This document shows positions 32,902 through 44,989 of a stretch of 64,000 nucleotides of DNA, one piece after another. The notes below the pieces were generated by a model. The model was given only the letters and a program-made list of their open reading frames with translations, was not told the origin of the DNA and did not search any database. This DNA is from an uncultured Clostridium sp. (lineage in GTDB: Bacteria; Bacillota; Clostridia; TANB77; CAG-508): assembly GCA_946411515.1 (NCBI GenBank), contig CAMKEH010000001.1, forward strand, positions 173,204 to 237,203. Direction: 5' to 3'. A program made the translations under genes and the position numbers. The stretch's first letter is position 1. Each line of letters opens with the position of its first letter.

Positions 32902-34192
32902 TTAGTTTATTTTTCTTTTCTTATTATAAACAATTGCCATTATTATTAATAGAAAAATAACAACAAATATGATTATTCCTTTACCTGTTGCAGGCAATAT
33001 TTTATTTGCAATTGTATTATCTTTACCACTTATATTAGTATCATCTTCTTTTTTAGGTGTAGAATTATCATTAACTTTAACTTTTATAGTTTTGTTTATA
33101 GTCTCTTTTCCATCTGCAGTTGATATTGAACAGATTATATTAGTTGTTCCAGATTTAAGTGCTGTTGCAGTTATTTCATTATCTGACAATTTATTTATCT
33201 TAACAATAGAATTATCTTCTGCCTTCCATTCATATTTATAATATGTATTATAATCATATCCTTCTGGATATTCTACAGCATATGAACCTAATTGACTAAT
33301 TCCTGCATATAATTTTTCACTTGTATCTCCAACTTTCAAATTTAAATATGATTTATTGATTATAGGAAATTCATAAGTTGTTTCAAATCCATCTGTATAA
33401 ATAAAATATGTTCTTTCAAACTCAAAATCCATATTATTATATGTATATTTATATTTAACAGTCAATTCTCCTTCTTCTTTTGCAGTTATAATATTATTTT
33501 CTATTGAAACAATATTAGGATCTGAAACTTCAACTTTTATTTCACTTGAATCTATCCTTTCATTTTCAAATTGTTCTGTTTCATTATTCCATAAATAAAA
33601 TGTTTCATTAACAATACTACCTTTTTTTATCATTGAAGGATTTGGCCCGAATCATTTGAAGTGGTGCAAATATATAATTGCTAGAATTGTTGTTTATTTC
33701 TTCATCTGTTTCCTTTGCAAATACAACTAAACGTGATGTACTGTCATCTGTTGATGTAGATAATGTTATTTCCCTTTTTCCATTTGTATCTCTATTATAA
33801 AAAGAAGTGTCTTCTGGATTTAGTGTTTCTATATTATATATTTTATAATTAACTATATTATCTTCATTGTCTGTAATTTTAATGTAATCTCCATTTGTTA
33901 ATTGTGACAAATTAGAAAAAAATCTTCCATCTTTTAAATTATGACCAATAATAACGGTATTTCCAACCTTATTTATACCTGTACCATATAAGAAAGCAAC
34001 AGATTCCTGTAAAGAAGCTTTAGTTACCTTTTCTAGTATCGGAATATCAAGAGATATTTTTGGTATTTCAATATTTCCAACCACATTAAATCCATGATAT
34101 GTACTTTCTAATGCATATACATTTATTGTTGATACTAATAATACAAAAATAAATAATAAATAAATAATAATACTTTTTGATAATTTTTTCAT
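32902..34192 (-). CDS. Secreted sortase-like domain + Ig-like domains + LPXTG anchor (429 aa after +1 shift at CGG 33647-33649)
   Basis: IEIPKI, GNTVIIGHN, ITLSTS...RLVV sortase motifs. ATT-(C)GGG joins in frame to the Ig-like region ending LPATG-TM-KKRK. Confidence 0.75.
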
Positions 34193-34194
34193 TT

Positions 34195-35247
34195 TTAACC
34201 TCTTTCCCCTATTTTTTTATATATTATTGTAACACATATAATATTAGATAAATAGATTATAATGTAACATACTATTTGCAAATATAAATTTTCTTTATAA
34301 TTATTTAATATTTCAATATATCCTTCCGATTTTTCTTTATATATATTGATAGCTTCTTTTTTAGATATATTTCGTTTATTAACATTTTCTTTTAAACTTA
34401 CAGTTCCTGTTTTATAAAACAACTCTGCCCATTTCCACACACCTTTTACTAATATATCATTAAAGCTTAACATATAATTATTTTCTTCTTCATAAATATT
34501 ATTTTCTTGTACATTTAAATCTGGATTAAAATTCAACTCATAATATTCTTGTAAATTATTATGATAAACTGCAATAGATAATTTCAATGTTCTATCATCT
34601 ACAACTCCCATATTTATAAAGATTAATACTATCTTTGTACTTAAAATTACTAATATTGTTATTATGCTTAAAATATATATTAATTTTGAATTAATACTTA
34701 CCTTAATTTTTGAATTTAATATTTCTTTATAAGCTAAAACTAACATAACAATTATAATATCAACTATTATTTTTTCATACACCACAATTAGTACAAATTC
34801 AAAATAGTTAACCATCCACATAATCTTTAATTTCGAAAGTTCATATACTCCTTCTGAATATAATTTACTTATAACTAACAATACTATTAGTGGAATAATA
34901 TAATAAATTACAAAGCCTTTTATAAATTCAAATTTGATTTTTTGAAAGTCAATTTTGTCCATATATTTATATAAGATCATAACTGCTAATACAACCGAGC
35001 AACAATATACAGGTTTTATAATAAAAACAGATAATATAGCACAACTAATTACTAAAATAATAATTATAATTCTTATTTTTTTTGTAATAAAATTTTCTTT
35101 TAGTTTAATGTTTAATAATATTATTGCCAAAATAGAAGTAACAATTAAAGAAGATAAAAAAGCAATCTGAATGTTTAAACCTATTAGTTCAGTAAATAAT
35201 ATTATTATTAAAAAAGCTAGTCCAATAGTAAATCCCTTTTCTTTCAC
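34195..35247 (-). CDS. Hypothetical multi-pass membrane protein
   Basis: 350 aa with several hydrophobic helices. Confidence 0.65.
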   Translation of the reverse strand: MKEKGFTIGLAFLIIILFTELIGLNIQIAFLSSLIVTSILAIILLNIKLKENFITKKIRIIIIILVISCAILSVFIIKPVYCCSVVLAVMILYKYMDKIDFQKIKFEFIKGFVIYYIIPLIVLLVISKLYSEGVYELSKLKIMWMVNYFEFVLIVVYEKIIVDIIIVMLVLAYKEILNSKIKVSINSKLIYILSIITILVILSTKIVLIFINMGVVDDRTLKLSIAVYHNNLQEYYELNFNPDLNVQENNIYEEENNYMLSFNDILVKGVWKWAELFYKTGTVSLKENVNKRNISKKEAINIYKEKSEGYIEILNNYKENLYLQIVCYIIIYLSNIICVTIIYKKIGERG

Positions 35248-35379
35248 TTTTCAACTCCTATATATTAAACCCTTAATTCTATAGTAGCACAATATATTAA
35301 ATACTTCAATCACAAAATATTTACATTTATGTTACATTTATATTACATTTTCATTTCGTAGTCAAGCATTTTATATTAA

Positions 35380-36360
35380 TTAAATTTTTGCTATCCATGC
35401 CATAAACTCCTCTTTTGTTATTTCTTTTAACTTATATGCATTTTTCTTGTCTTTTCCTTGATGTTTAAATAAATCATATTCTATTTCATACTTTCCACCT
35501 TTTGATTTAGCCAATGCTTGTTTTCTTTTATATACTTTTCTATATAAATTATAAGCTTCATCTTTTTCAAGATTCTTTATAAATACTTTACTTGCACCTA
35601 TTTCTCTACATGTTTTATTATCTTCATAAACATTATCACAGTAAATAACTGATGAATTGCTTGTAATAAAATACTTTCTACAATTTTTACACTTTTTTAG
35701 ATATGTTTTTTCTTGTAATATCCAATATAATTCTATAAATAATAAGTTATAGAAATTATCTATTTCATAAACTTCTCTTATCTCATATTTGTTATTCTTT
35801 TTATTTTTTATTTCTTTAATTAATTCTTTATCTGTCATTTTAGCTGAAGATTTATTGATTTTTATAGTTTTATTAAATTGATTATGTTTTAAAATTGAGT
35901 ACTTTTCTATATCCTGTATATTAATAAATATCTGTAGCTTTTCTATTGGGCTTAATTCTTTTAATTCTTCTTTTTCACTAAATAGACAATATTCCAATAT
36001 TTCAATTATTTGCTTTTTATAATCCTCAAAATTCTTTTTGTATTTATTATAAAACTTTTCCATTGTGTTTTCTAAATCTGCTCTTTCATTTGGATTAATA
36101 GTAAAAATTTCTTGTCTCTCTTTTTCTGTTAATAATGTTTGAAATCCATAAAATTTAAATATAAAATAAGATATTTCTTTTAAATCATTTAGTATAAAAT
36201 TAAGAATCAAATCACCTATTTTATTAGATTGTTCAAATACCCTTGTAATATATTTATAATTTCCTTTTTTATCTACTTCATAATCCAACATAGGCACTTT
36301 TATTTGTTCTTCTTTTGATTCATTATTTAGATATACTTCTATACTATTTTTAAACTTCAT
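35380..36360 (-). CDS. DUF6076-like zinc-binding protein
   Basis: KKCKNCRKYFI...YCD...TCREIGA. Confidence 0.7.
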   Translation of the reverse strand: MKFKNSIEVYLNNESKEEQIKVPMLDYEVDKKGNYKYITRVFEQSNKIGDLILNFILNDLKEISYFIFKFYGFQTLLTEKERQEIFTINPNERADLENTMEKFYNKYKKNFEDYKKQIIEILEYCLFSEKEELKELSPIEKLQIFINIQDIEKYSILKHNQFNKTIKINKSSAKMTDKELIKEIKNKKNNKYEIREVYEIDNFYNLLFIELYWILQEKTYLKKCKNCRKYFITSNSSVIYCDNVYEDNKTCREIGASKVFIKNLEKDEAYNLYRKVYKRKQALAKSKGGKYEIEYDLFKHQGKDKKNAYKLKEITKEEFMAWIAKI

Positions 36361-36576
36361 GTTTTCCCCCTATAAATTATTTATACTTTTTAAATAAAAT
36401 CTATTGACAAGTTGGACAATTATGTGGTATATATTAAATTGTCATTAGACAATTGTATTGTTTGTTGCTTATTGTCATCATTAGTATATCTTATATAAAC
36501 ACTTTTTTCAAGTCTTTATATAAAAATATTTATATTTTAAAACTGTTAGCAGATTTTTGCATTATGAATTTAGGAG

Positions 36577-37014
36577 TTGATTCACCTGAGAAATACTGAT
36601 TTAGAACGAAATAATTTGATTTATAATCTATACTTTTCTGATAAATTAAATTTAACAGAAATTAGTAAAAAAGTTGATTTATCAATTAGTCAAATAAGTA
36701 GAATTCTGTCTAAATCTCCCCTATATTTGCAAGAAAAAGCTGATAGAAAAGATAAAAATCGCATTAAACATATTGAACAAACAAAAGAATTAATAAAAAG
36801 AAAGCGCGATAAGAAAAAAGCTGAAGAAAAAGCAGTTTTAGATAAGTTACATTATCAAGCATCTATTGAATTATCTTCTTTTGCTCCATTATCTAATTTT
36901 GCTATAAGAAAAACCTGTTCAAGTGCTTATAATTATAATACCGATAAAAGAAGATTTGAATTAAAAGATGATGTTGCATATTCTACAGATATGCCATCAA
37001 AAATTAAATACTAA
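36577..37014 (+). CDS. HTH DNA-binding protein
   Basis: LNLTEISKKVDLSISQISRIL. Confidence 0.65.
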   Translation: MIHLRNTDLERNNLIYNLYFSDKLNLTEISKKVDLSISQISRILSKSPLYLQEKADRKDKNRIKHIEQTKELIKRKRDKKKAEEKAVLDKLHYQASIELSSFAPLSNFAIRKTCSSAYNYNTDKRRFELKDDVAYSTDMPSKIKY

Positions 37015-37074
37015 TACTCAAATAGACTTATTTTTAATAGGTCTTTTATTTTATCAAGAATTGGAGGTGATACG

Positions 37075-37296
37075 ATGAATGAAGAATCAAATAATCCTTA
37101 TAGTATAATGTTTACTGATTATCCTGACATTGTAAATATTAAACAAATGAGAAATATGCTTGGAGGAATTGGTATAACTCTTGCCTATAAATTACTTAAA
37201 GAAGGTAAAATAAAATATATAAAAATCGGAAGAGAATATAAAATTCCTAAAACATTTATCATTAATTATTTACTACAAGAAAAATCTAACCTATAA
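37075..37296 (+). CDS. Excisionase-like HTH (MerR/HTH_17 type)
   Basis: YPDIV...AYKLLKEGKI..IKIGREYKIPK; immediately upstream of the integrase. Confidence 0.85.
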   Translation: MNEESNNPYSIMFTDYPDIVNIKQMRNMLGGIGITLAYKLLKEGKIKYIKIGREYKIPKTFIINYLLQEKSNL

Positions 37297-37446
37297 TGAT
37301 GAGTTATAAAATAGAAAAGTTATTATAAGAACAACTGTGGGCTGAAAAATCTTCTCATTTTTTTATACAGCTCAACATATGTATAATCTTATGATACAAT
37401 AAAATAAACTATAGGTAAGTAAACTGTTATACAGGAAGGAGGAAAT

Positions 37447-39051
37447 TTGGTAACAGGAAGCTTACAAATAAAAGGATTAGTTTATTACATTGTATTAAAT
37501 GTATATCCTAATAATAAAAGAAATCAAAAGTGGATACCAACAACAGTTATTGCAAATGGTAAAAAAGTAAATCAAATAAAAGCTGAAAAACTACTATCAG
37601 ATATTCGTATGATATATGATAAAGATTCTTATATAGATAATAAAAAGACAGCTGAACAACTTTTAGAACAAAAAAGAAATTATAATAATAGTAATAGTTT
37701 TTCTAGGCAAAATCTGTTTAGTAAACAGGAAACTGAAAAATTAACTTTAACAAATGAAGCTCTATCAAGCGAAGAAGAACTAATAATAACAAAATGTTTA
37801 TCAAATTGGTATAATACCTCAAAAGAAACTATGATAGATTCTTTAATGAATATAATAAAAGAAAATCCTAATACCCATTTGATTAGAAAAATTATTACAG
37901 ATTTGGTTAATAAATTATCTGATGACCCAAGGGAACAAAGACTAAAAAAAATGGGCCATTATCGTAATATGTTATTTAGTGATTACATTAAAGAATGGCT
38001 AAAATCTATAGAAAATAAAGTTTCCAAGAGCACATATAAAGGATATTACGACCATGTAAATGGTAGAATGATTCAATATTTTGAAACTGAAGAATTGCTT
38101 TTAAAAGATGTTACATTAGCTGATATTTATAACTATATAGAATATCTTTTTACAGAAGGATTAAAAACAAATACTATAAAACATCATAGATCAATTCTGT
38201 CTTGTGTTTTTACAAGAGCAGTTGAGCAAGAATTATTTGAATATAATTTCATTAATAATTTAAAACCAATTAAATCTGACCAATATATTGGAAATTTTTA
38301 TAAGCATGAAGAATTATTGCATTTATTTGATGTAGTAAAAGAAACAACTATTAGATTAGAAGTAATTATTGCAGCAGTATATGGTTTAAGACGTGAAGAA
38401 GTTTTAGGTTTAAAATGGGATGCTATTGATTTTACAAGAAAAACAATTACTATAAAACATACTGTTCAAAGGTTTAAAATAAATGGTAAAACACAATTTG
38501 TATTTAAAGACAAAACAAAATCGCAATCTTCATATCGTACTTTACCATTATTTGATTTTATAGAAGAATTATTAAAAGAATATCAAAATATTAATGCAGA
38601 ATATAAAAGATTATTTGGCAATACTTATTGTAATACATATAAAGATTACATTTGTTTAATGCCAAATGGAGAACTTATGAAACCAGGATATTTAAGTCAT
38701 ACTTTTTCAAAAGTATTAGTAGATAACGAATTAAAACGAATTCGCTTACATGATTTAAGACATTCTTGTGCTACTTTACTAATACAAAATAAAGTTCCAG
38801 TTAAAGATATTCAAATATGGCTTGGACATTCTAATATTCAAACTACAATGATTTACACACATTTAGATGAATCAAATAAAGAAATTTCTGCACAAGTATT
38901 AGTAGCTAAATTTCAGTATATTTTAACAAATTATAATGAAAACGAAATTTATGAGATGAAGAACGAAACTTTAAATAACATCTACGAAGATATAGACAAA
39001 ACAAATAATCTGAAAGAAATAGAAAAAGTTGTTGTAAACACTCAAAACTAA
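37447..39051 (+). CDS. Tyrosine recombinase/integrase
   Basis: GLRREEVLGLKW, HDLRHS, LGHS...TMIY catalytic residues; adjacent to the tRNA att site. Confidence 0.95.
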   Translation: MVTGSLQIKGLVYYIVLNVYPNNKRNQKWIPTTVIANGKKVNQIKAEKLLSDIRMIYDKDSYIDNKKTAEQLLEQKRNYNNSNSFSRQNLFSKQETEKLTLTNEALSSEEELIITKCLSNWYNTSKETMIDSLMNIIKENPNTHLIRKIITDLVNKLSDDPREQRLKKMGHYRNMLFSDYIKEWLKSIENKVSKSTYKGYYDHVNGRMIQYFETEELLLKDVTLADIYNYIEYLFTEGLKTNTIKHHRSILSCVFTRAVEQELFEYNFINNLKPIKSDQYIGNFYKHEELLHLFDVVKETTIRLEVIIAAVYGLRREEVLGLKWDAIDFTRKTITIKHTVQRFKINGKTQFVFKDKTKSQSSYRTLPLFDFIEELLKEYQNINAEYKRLFGNTYCNTYKDYICLMPNGELMKPGYLSHTFSKVLVDNELKRIRLHDLRHSCATLLIQNKVPVKDIQIWLGHSNIQTTMIYTHLDESNKEISAQVLVAKFQYILTNYNENEIYEMKNETLNNIYEDIDKTNNLKEIEKVVVNTQN

Positions 39052-39152
39052 CAACAACTCTTTAAAAGTGTTAGAAAATTTGATTAGATTTGTTAGAAAG
39101 TAATCAAATTTTCTACATATTTAATATCTCATAAAAGCTTGAAAGCCTTATG

Positions 39153-39236
39153 TGGTGCGGATGAAGGGACTCGAACCCCCACGCCATTGGCACTGGTTCC
39201 TAAGACCAGCGCGTCTACCAGTTCCGCCACATCCGC
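39153..39236 (-). tRNA. tRNA-Leu(TAG)
   Basis: CTGGT-CTTAGGA-ACCAG anticodon arm, long variable arm, CCA end. Confidence 0.96.
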
Positions 39237-39285
39237 ATATTTATTTACAAAAAGATTTTAAATAGCAAATATCTAAAATCTTCAT

Positions 39286-39359
<74 letters not shown>

Positions 39360-39385
39360 ATATTAAATTTATAATTGTCAGGGTT

Positions 39386-39459
<74 letters not shown>

Positions 39460-39530
39460 ATTTTCCTCCTGACAATTATAGATTATAAATGTTTTTTTAT
39501 ATTTTGTCAATAGTTAATTAAAATTTTTTA

Positions 39531-41129
39531 TTACTTTTTTGCTGCATTTATTAATCCTACAAATAATGGTGCTGGTTTGTTTGGTCTAGATTTTAATTCT
39601 GGATGAAATTGCCCTGCTATAAAATATGGATGATTCTCTAATTCTACTATTTCTACTAAAAGTCCATCTGGCGATGTTCCAGAAATTTTTAATCCCGCTT
39701 TTTCTAATTTTTCTCTATATTCATTATTATATTCAAATCTATGTCTATGTCTTTCTGAAATTTCGGTTTTACCATATAATTTACTTGCTAAACTTCCTTT
39801 TTTTAGAACACAAGGATAAGCTCCTAATCTCATTGTTCCACCTTTTTTATCTATTCCTTTTTGCTCTTCCATAATATGAATTACAGGATTTTTAGTCTTT
39901 TCATTTAATTCAGCTGAATCTGCATCTTTTAAATTCAGTACATTTCTTGCAAATTCTACAACAGCCATTTGCATACCTAAACATATTCCTAAGAACGGTA
40001 TTTTATTTTCTCTTACATATTTTATTGTTTCAATTTTCCCTTCTATTCCTCTATTTCCAAATCCTCCTGGAACCACAACTCCATTATATTTAGAAAGTTT
40101 TTCCTTTACATTTTCACCATTTATTGTTTCTGAATCAACTAAATCAATTTTTACTTTTACATTATTTACAAAACCAGCATGATGTAAGCTTTCTATAACA
40201 GAAATGTAAGAATCTTCTAATTTGACATACTTACCAACAATTGCAATACTTACTCTATCATTGTCATTAATATTTCTTATATTTTCTATCATTGTTTCCC
40301 ATCTTGAGTTATCTGGTATATATCTTTCCAATCTTAAATGATTACAAACTTCTCTTGCTAATCCTTCTTTTTCTAACATTAAAGGTACTGCATATAGGCA
40401 GTCAGCAGTTTTATTTTGTATTACACTTGTTTTTCTCACATTACAAAATAGGGCTAATTTTTCTCTTATACTTTCAGGTATATCTTGTTCTGTTCTACAT
40501 ACTAATATATCTGGTTTTATTCCAAAACTTTGTAATTCTTTTACAGAATGTTGTGTTGGTTTTGATTTTAATTCATTTGAACCAGAAATATAAGGTAATA
40601 ATGTTACATGTATATAAACTACATCTTCAGGATTTTTTTCTAATCCAACTTGTCTTATTGCTTCTATAATAGAAAGACCTTCAATATCTCCTACTGTTCC
40701 TCCTATTTCTGTTATAACTATATCTGTATCAGTATCTTCAAATCCATAAATTTTACTTTTAATCTCATTTGTAATATGAGGAATTACTTGAACTGTTTTT
40801 CCTAAATATTCTCCTTTTCTTTCCTTTTCAATTACATTTGAATATATTTTCCCCATTGTTACACTAGAATTTTGAGTTAGATTTTCATTTATAAATCTTT
40901 CATAATGTCCTAAATCTAGATCTGTTTCTGTTCCATCGTCTGTTACAAAAACTTCTCCATGCTCATATGGATTCATTGTTCCTGGATCTACATTTATATA
41001 AGGATCAAATTTTTGTATTGTTACCTTATATCCTCTATTTTTTAGTAATCTTCCAAGTGATGCTGCTGTTATTCCCTTTCCCAATCCAGATACTACTCCT
41101 CCTGTTACAAAAATGTATTTTGTATTCAT
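39531..41129 (-). CDS. pyrG: CTP synthase
   Basis: [33 protein letters not shown]. Confidence 0.98.
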   Translation of the reverse strand: MNTKYIFVTGGVVSGLGKGITAASLGRLLKNRGYKVTIQKFDPYINVDPGTMNPYEHGEVFVTDDGTETDLDLGHYERFINENLTQNSSVTMGKIYSNVIEKERKGEYLGKTVQVIPHITNEIKSKIYGFEDTDTDIVITEIGGTVGDIEGLSIIEAIRQVGLEKNPEDVVYIHVTLLPYISGSNELKSKPTQHSVKELQSFGIKPDILVCRTEQDIPESIREKLALFCNVRKTSVIQNKTADCLYAVPLMLEKEGLAREVCNHLRLERYIPDNSRWETMIENIRNINDNDRVSIAIVGKYVKLEDSYISVIESLHHAGFVNNVKVKIDLVDSETINGENVKEKLSKYNGVVVPGGFGNRGIEGKIETIKYVRENKIPFLGICLGMQMAVVEFARNVLNLKDADSAELNEKTKNPVIHIMEEQKGIDKKGGTMRLGAYPCVLKKGSLASKLYGKTEISERHRHRFEYNNEYREKLEKAGLKISGTSPDGLLVEIVELENHPYFIAGQFHPELKSRPNKPAPLFVGLINAAKK

Positions 41130-41253
41130 ATTTTCCTCCCATCTAAAATTTCTCGGAAAATAAAAAAAGATTAAAAAAATTTCACCGAAAATTTTGGTTT
41201 TTTTTTAATCTATTATTAGTTTAACACTTTTAAATAAAATTTACAAGCATTTT

Positions 41254-41730
41254 CTATTTTTTTATTGATAATATTTTATATTTCATAATTCCTGCAGGTG
41301 CATTTACTTCTACTACGTTGTTTTTTCTAGCGCCAAGTAAAGCTGAGCCTAAAGGTGATTCATTAGATATCTTATTTTCTGCTAAATTTACTTCTGTTGA
41401 TCCAACTATAGTGTATTCTACTTTTTCATCAAATTCCATATCTAATACTCTTACAATATTACCTATTTGTACAGTTTCTGTATCAATTTCTTTTTCATCT
41501 ATTATTTTTGCATGTCTAATTTTATTTTCTAATTCTGCAATTTTAACTTCATTTTCAGCTTGTGCTGTTTTTGCTTCATCATATTCAGAGTTTTCAGATA
41601 AGTCTCCAAATCCTAATGCAACTTTTATTCTATCAGCAATTTCTGCTCTTTTTTCTGTTCTTAAATAATTTAATTCTTCTTCTAATTTATCATAACCTTC
41701 TTGTGTTAATATAACATCCTTTTCTTCCAT
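41254..41730 (-). CDS. greA: Transcription elongation factor GreA
   Basis: GDLSENSEY, ISNESPLG. Confidence 0.97.
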   Translation of the reverse strand: MEEKDVILTQEGYDKLEEELNYLRTEKRAEIADRIKVALGFGDLSENSEYDEAKTAQAENEVKIAELENKIRHAKIIDEKEIDTETVQIGNIVRVLDMEFDEKVEYTIVGSTEVNLAENKISNESPLGSALLGARKNNVVEVNAPAGIMKYKILSIKK

Positions 41731-41821
41731 GTTAAATACTCCTCTCTGTTATCTATTCTTTTAAAAATATTATATATATTACGGCAAAAACTCAAATTTG
41801 TCAAGTAAATTTTGTTATTTT

Positions 41822-42412
41822 CTATTTTATTAATTTTTTAGCACCTTTCATATAATCTATTCCTGAGAAAATTGTAGCAATAGTTTGAACAATCATCATA
41901 ATTGTTACAAATAAGTTTACTACTAAATCTCCACCTTTTAATGTTCCTGTAAAACATTCTCCAAATGCATTTAAATCTAAAAATGCTACTATTATTGCAA
42001 TCATTTGAGTAACAGTTTTTAATTTGCCCCATTTTGATGCAGCTATTACTTTCCCACCTTTTTCTACTGCAATTAGTCTATATCCTGATACCATAAATTC
42101 TCTGGCTAATACTATAATTGGAATCCATGCTGGTAATTTTTGCATTTCAACTAACATAATCATTGCAGCTAAAACCAATATTTTATCAGCAAGTGGATCT
42201 AAAAATTTTCCAAATGTTGTTACTTGATTATTTTTTCTTGCTAAATATCCGTCTAGTTTATCTGTTATTGATGCTAATATAAATATACCATCAATTATCA
42301 GCCATGTAATTGGTATTCCTAAAAAAGTTCCATTTATTCCAAAAAAAGGTATTATTACCATTAATGGTACCAAAATAATTCTAAATATTGTTAATTTATT
42401 TGGTAAATTCAT
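41822..42412 (-). CDS. pgsA: CDP-diacylglycerol--glycerol-3-phosphate 3-phosphatidyltransferase
   Basis: NLPNKLT, DKLDGYLARK...GKFLDPLADK. Confidence 0.95.
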   Translation of the reverse strand: MNLPNKLTIFRIILVPLMVIIPFFGINGTFLGIPITWLIIDGIFILASITDKLDGYLARKNNQVTTFGKFLDPLADKILVLAAMIMLVEMQKLPAWIPIIVLAREFMVSGYRLIAVEKGGKVIAASKWGKLKTVTQMIAIIVAFLDLNAFGECFTGTLKGGDLVVNLFVTIMMIVQTIATIFSGIDYMKGAKKLIK

Positions 42413-42432
42413 TTAATATTTCCTCCTATGAT

Positions 42433-43647
42433 TTATTTTAACATTTCAATTGCTTTTTGTAGCTGTGTATCATCTTTTTCTTCAATTGTCAATTTATTTT
42501 TTAATTCTTCTGGCAACTCAATTTTTTCATCTGGTTCAATTCCTATTTTATTTATTTTAGTTTTATTTGGTGTTAAATATTCTTCTGATGTTATTTTTAA
42601 TCCACTTCCATCTTGTAATGTCATTAATTGTTGAATCACACCTTTTCCATAAGTTTTTGTTCCTACTATTTTTGCTTTTTCATGATCTTTTAATGCACCT
42701 GCTAGTATTTCAGAAGAACTTGCAGTATTACTATTTGTTAAAATTACTATTGGCATATTTATTATTGGATCTTCTTTTGATTTTTCTATTTTTTCATTAT
42801 TGTTTTTGTCTACTTCATATAGCATTACTTTATCTTTTTCTAATATATAATCTGCTATACTTAAAGCTTCACTAACTATTCCACCACCATTATTTCTTAA
42901 ATCTATTATTAATGATTTTATTCCTTGAGATTTTAATTCTTCATATTTTGTTTTAAATTCTTTTGAAGTTTCTTCATCAAATGATGAAAATTTTATATAT
43001 CCTATATTATTTTGCAAAACTTTTCCTTCTACAGGATTTACCTTTATATTTTCTCTTATTAATTCAAAATTTAGATTTTCCGTTCCTCTTAATAATTCTA
43101 ATTTTACAGTTGAACCTGCTTCTCCTTTTATTTTATTTGCTGCAACTGACATATCGTCTGCTGAGTATTGAACACCATCTACAGAAATTATTAAATCCCC
43201 TGGTAGTATTCCTGCTTTTTCTGCAGGGCTTCCTTTTATTGGAGATAATACCATTACTTTATTTGAGTTAGTATCTTTCACCATATATATTCCTATTCCT
43301 ACAAAATTTCCTGTTGTTTCTTCTAAATAATCTTTCATATCTTCTTTGGAAATATATTCTGTATATTGGTCATCTAAACCTTCTATGTATCCTTTTATTG
43401 CTCCTTCTTTTAACTTTTCTTCATTTACTTCGCCCAAAAAATATTTATCTATTAACATTTTATACTTACTTAGTTCACTTGCTATCTCTCCATTATCTGA
43501 AGAAGTAACAACTAAAGTTTTTCCTAATTTATCATTATCTTTCAAGAATTGATATGTTCCTACTGCTGTAATAATAAATGTTACAAATGCAACTAATATT
43601 ATTAGCATTATTATCTTAAATATTTTATAGCCTCTTTTTTCTCCCAT
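42433..43647 (-). CDS. S41 carboxyl-terminal protease (CtpA/B-like, PDZ)
   Basis: DLRNNGGG, TASSSEI, TYGKG. Confidence 0.93.
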   Translation of the reverse strand: MGEKRGYKIFKIIMLIILVAFVTFIITAVGTYQFLKDNDKLGKTLVVTSSDNGEIASELSKYKMLIDKYFLGEVNEEKLKEGAIKGYIEGLDDQYTEYISKEDMKDYLEETTGNFVGIGIYMVKDTNSNKVMVLSPIKGSPAEKAGILPGDLIISVDGVQYSADDMSVAANKIKGEAGSTVKLELLRGTENLNFELIRENIKVNPVEGKVLQNNIGYIKFSSFDEETSKEFKTKYEELKSQGIKSLIIDLRNNGGGIVSEALSIADYILEKDKVMLYEVDKNNNEKIEKSKEDPIINMPIVILTNSNTASSSEILAGALKDHEKAKIVGTKTYGKGVIQQLMTLQDGSGLKITSEEYLTPNKTKINKIGIEPDEKIELPEELKNKLTIEEKDDTQLQKAIEMLK

Positions 43648-43737
43648 TTTGCATTCTCCTTTAACTTATAAACTGGGCGGATTTATTCCGCCCATATATT
43701 TTAATTATATGTATTTTTTATATTCTAATGATAATTT

Positions 43738-44944
43738 TTATAGATAATTTAATGGATTTTGTCTATTAGAATATTCTCCTGGACTTGTTCTTACCTCAAA
43801 ATGTAAATGTGGTCCGGCTAGAATTTCCAGTTGAACCCACTCTCATTATCTGTTGTCCTTGTTTTACTGTTTGTCCAGCAGATACTGTTCTTGATCCTGA
43901 TTGTCCATGTGCATATAATGTGTATAATCCATTTGGATGTGCTAACAAAATATAATTTCCATAACTTCCACTTAATTCTGTTGATGTTACAACATATCCA
44001 TCTGCTACTGCATATACTGGTTGCCCATTAATTCCTGATGGTCCAAAATCTATTGCTCCATGATATCTTCCACTTGAATAATACATGCCTGTTGTTACTG
44101 TTGCATATGCTGAAGGTACTGGATATATAAACCCTGATGCACTTGGATTTGTTGTTCCTCCTCCGGATGATGAACTTCCCCCACTACTTTTTCTTTGTTG
44201 TTCTTGATATCTTTTTATAGCTTCTTGGGCAGCTCTAATTTGACTGTCTATTGATTTATTTGCTTTATTTAATTCATCAATTTTTGCCTGCAAAGCTTTT
44301 TCATCTTCTGATAATTTTGCAACTTGGCTGTCCTTTTCTTTTTTTGCAGATTTTAGCTGAGTAGTCACTCCTTCTTTACTTATCTTTGATGTATTTAGTT
44401 CTTTTTTATCACTTTCTAATTGTTCTTTTGCTTTCTTTATTTCTTCTTTTTGTTTTTGTATTTGTTCTAATAATTCTGTATCATTAGTTGCTATTTCTGA
44501 AACCAAATAATAATTTGATATTAAATCTGTTAAACCTTCAGAAGAAAGTAGAAAATCTAAATATGAAGTATCTCCTGCTTCTTGTATTGCAATCAATCTT
44601 GATTCTAATAGTTTTTGTTGTTTTGTATAATCTTCTTGTGCTTTGTTTAATTTTTCTTCAGAATCAGAAATCTTTGTATTTAATTCTCCTATTTTGTTGT
44701 CTAGTTCCTCTATTTGACTTTCATAACCAGATATTTCAGAACTTAATTTTTCTACTTCTGCTGCTGTTTTATTTTTTTCTTGTGTTACTTGTTCTTTTTC
44801 TTTTTTGGTTTCATCGATTTTTTCTTGATTTGACTCTTTTTGATTATTTAAATCATTAACATTTGCAGCTAAAGAAATAGTTGTTTGTAACAACATTACT
44901 ATTGCAATTAATACTCCAAATATTTTTAAGGTAATCTTTTTCAT
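43738..44944 (-). CDS. Coiled-coil M23 peptidase (401 aa after +1 shift at CGG 43814-43816)
   Basis: HGAIDF, TLYAH. The Zn-binding motif GNSS-G-PHLHFEVR appears only after skipping the C. Confidence 0.9.
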
Positions 44945-44989
44945 AAGTTCCTCCTATTTTTACTACTTTTGTAGTTTTAGTTATCCTTT

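Larger units (their letters stand above)
29088..39205. mobile_element. About 10-kb tyrosine-integrase element inserted in tRNA-Leu(TAG)
   Basis: 53-bp direct repeats, integrase and excisionase next to the tRNA, paired TGTTAGAAA repeats inside both ends. Confidence 0.92.
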
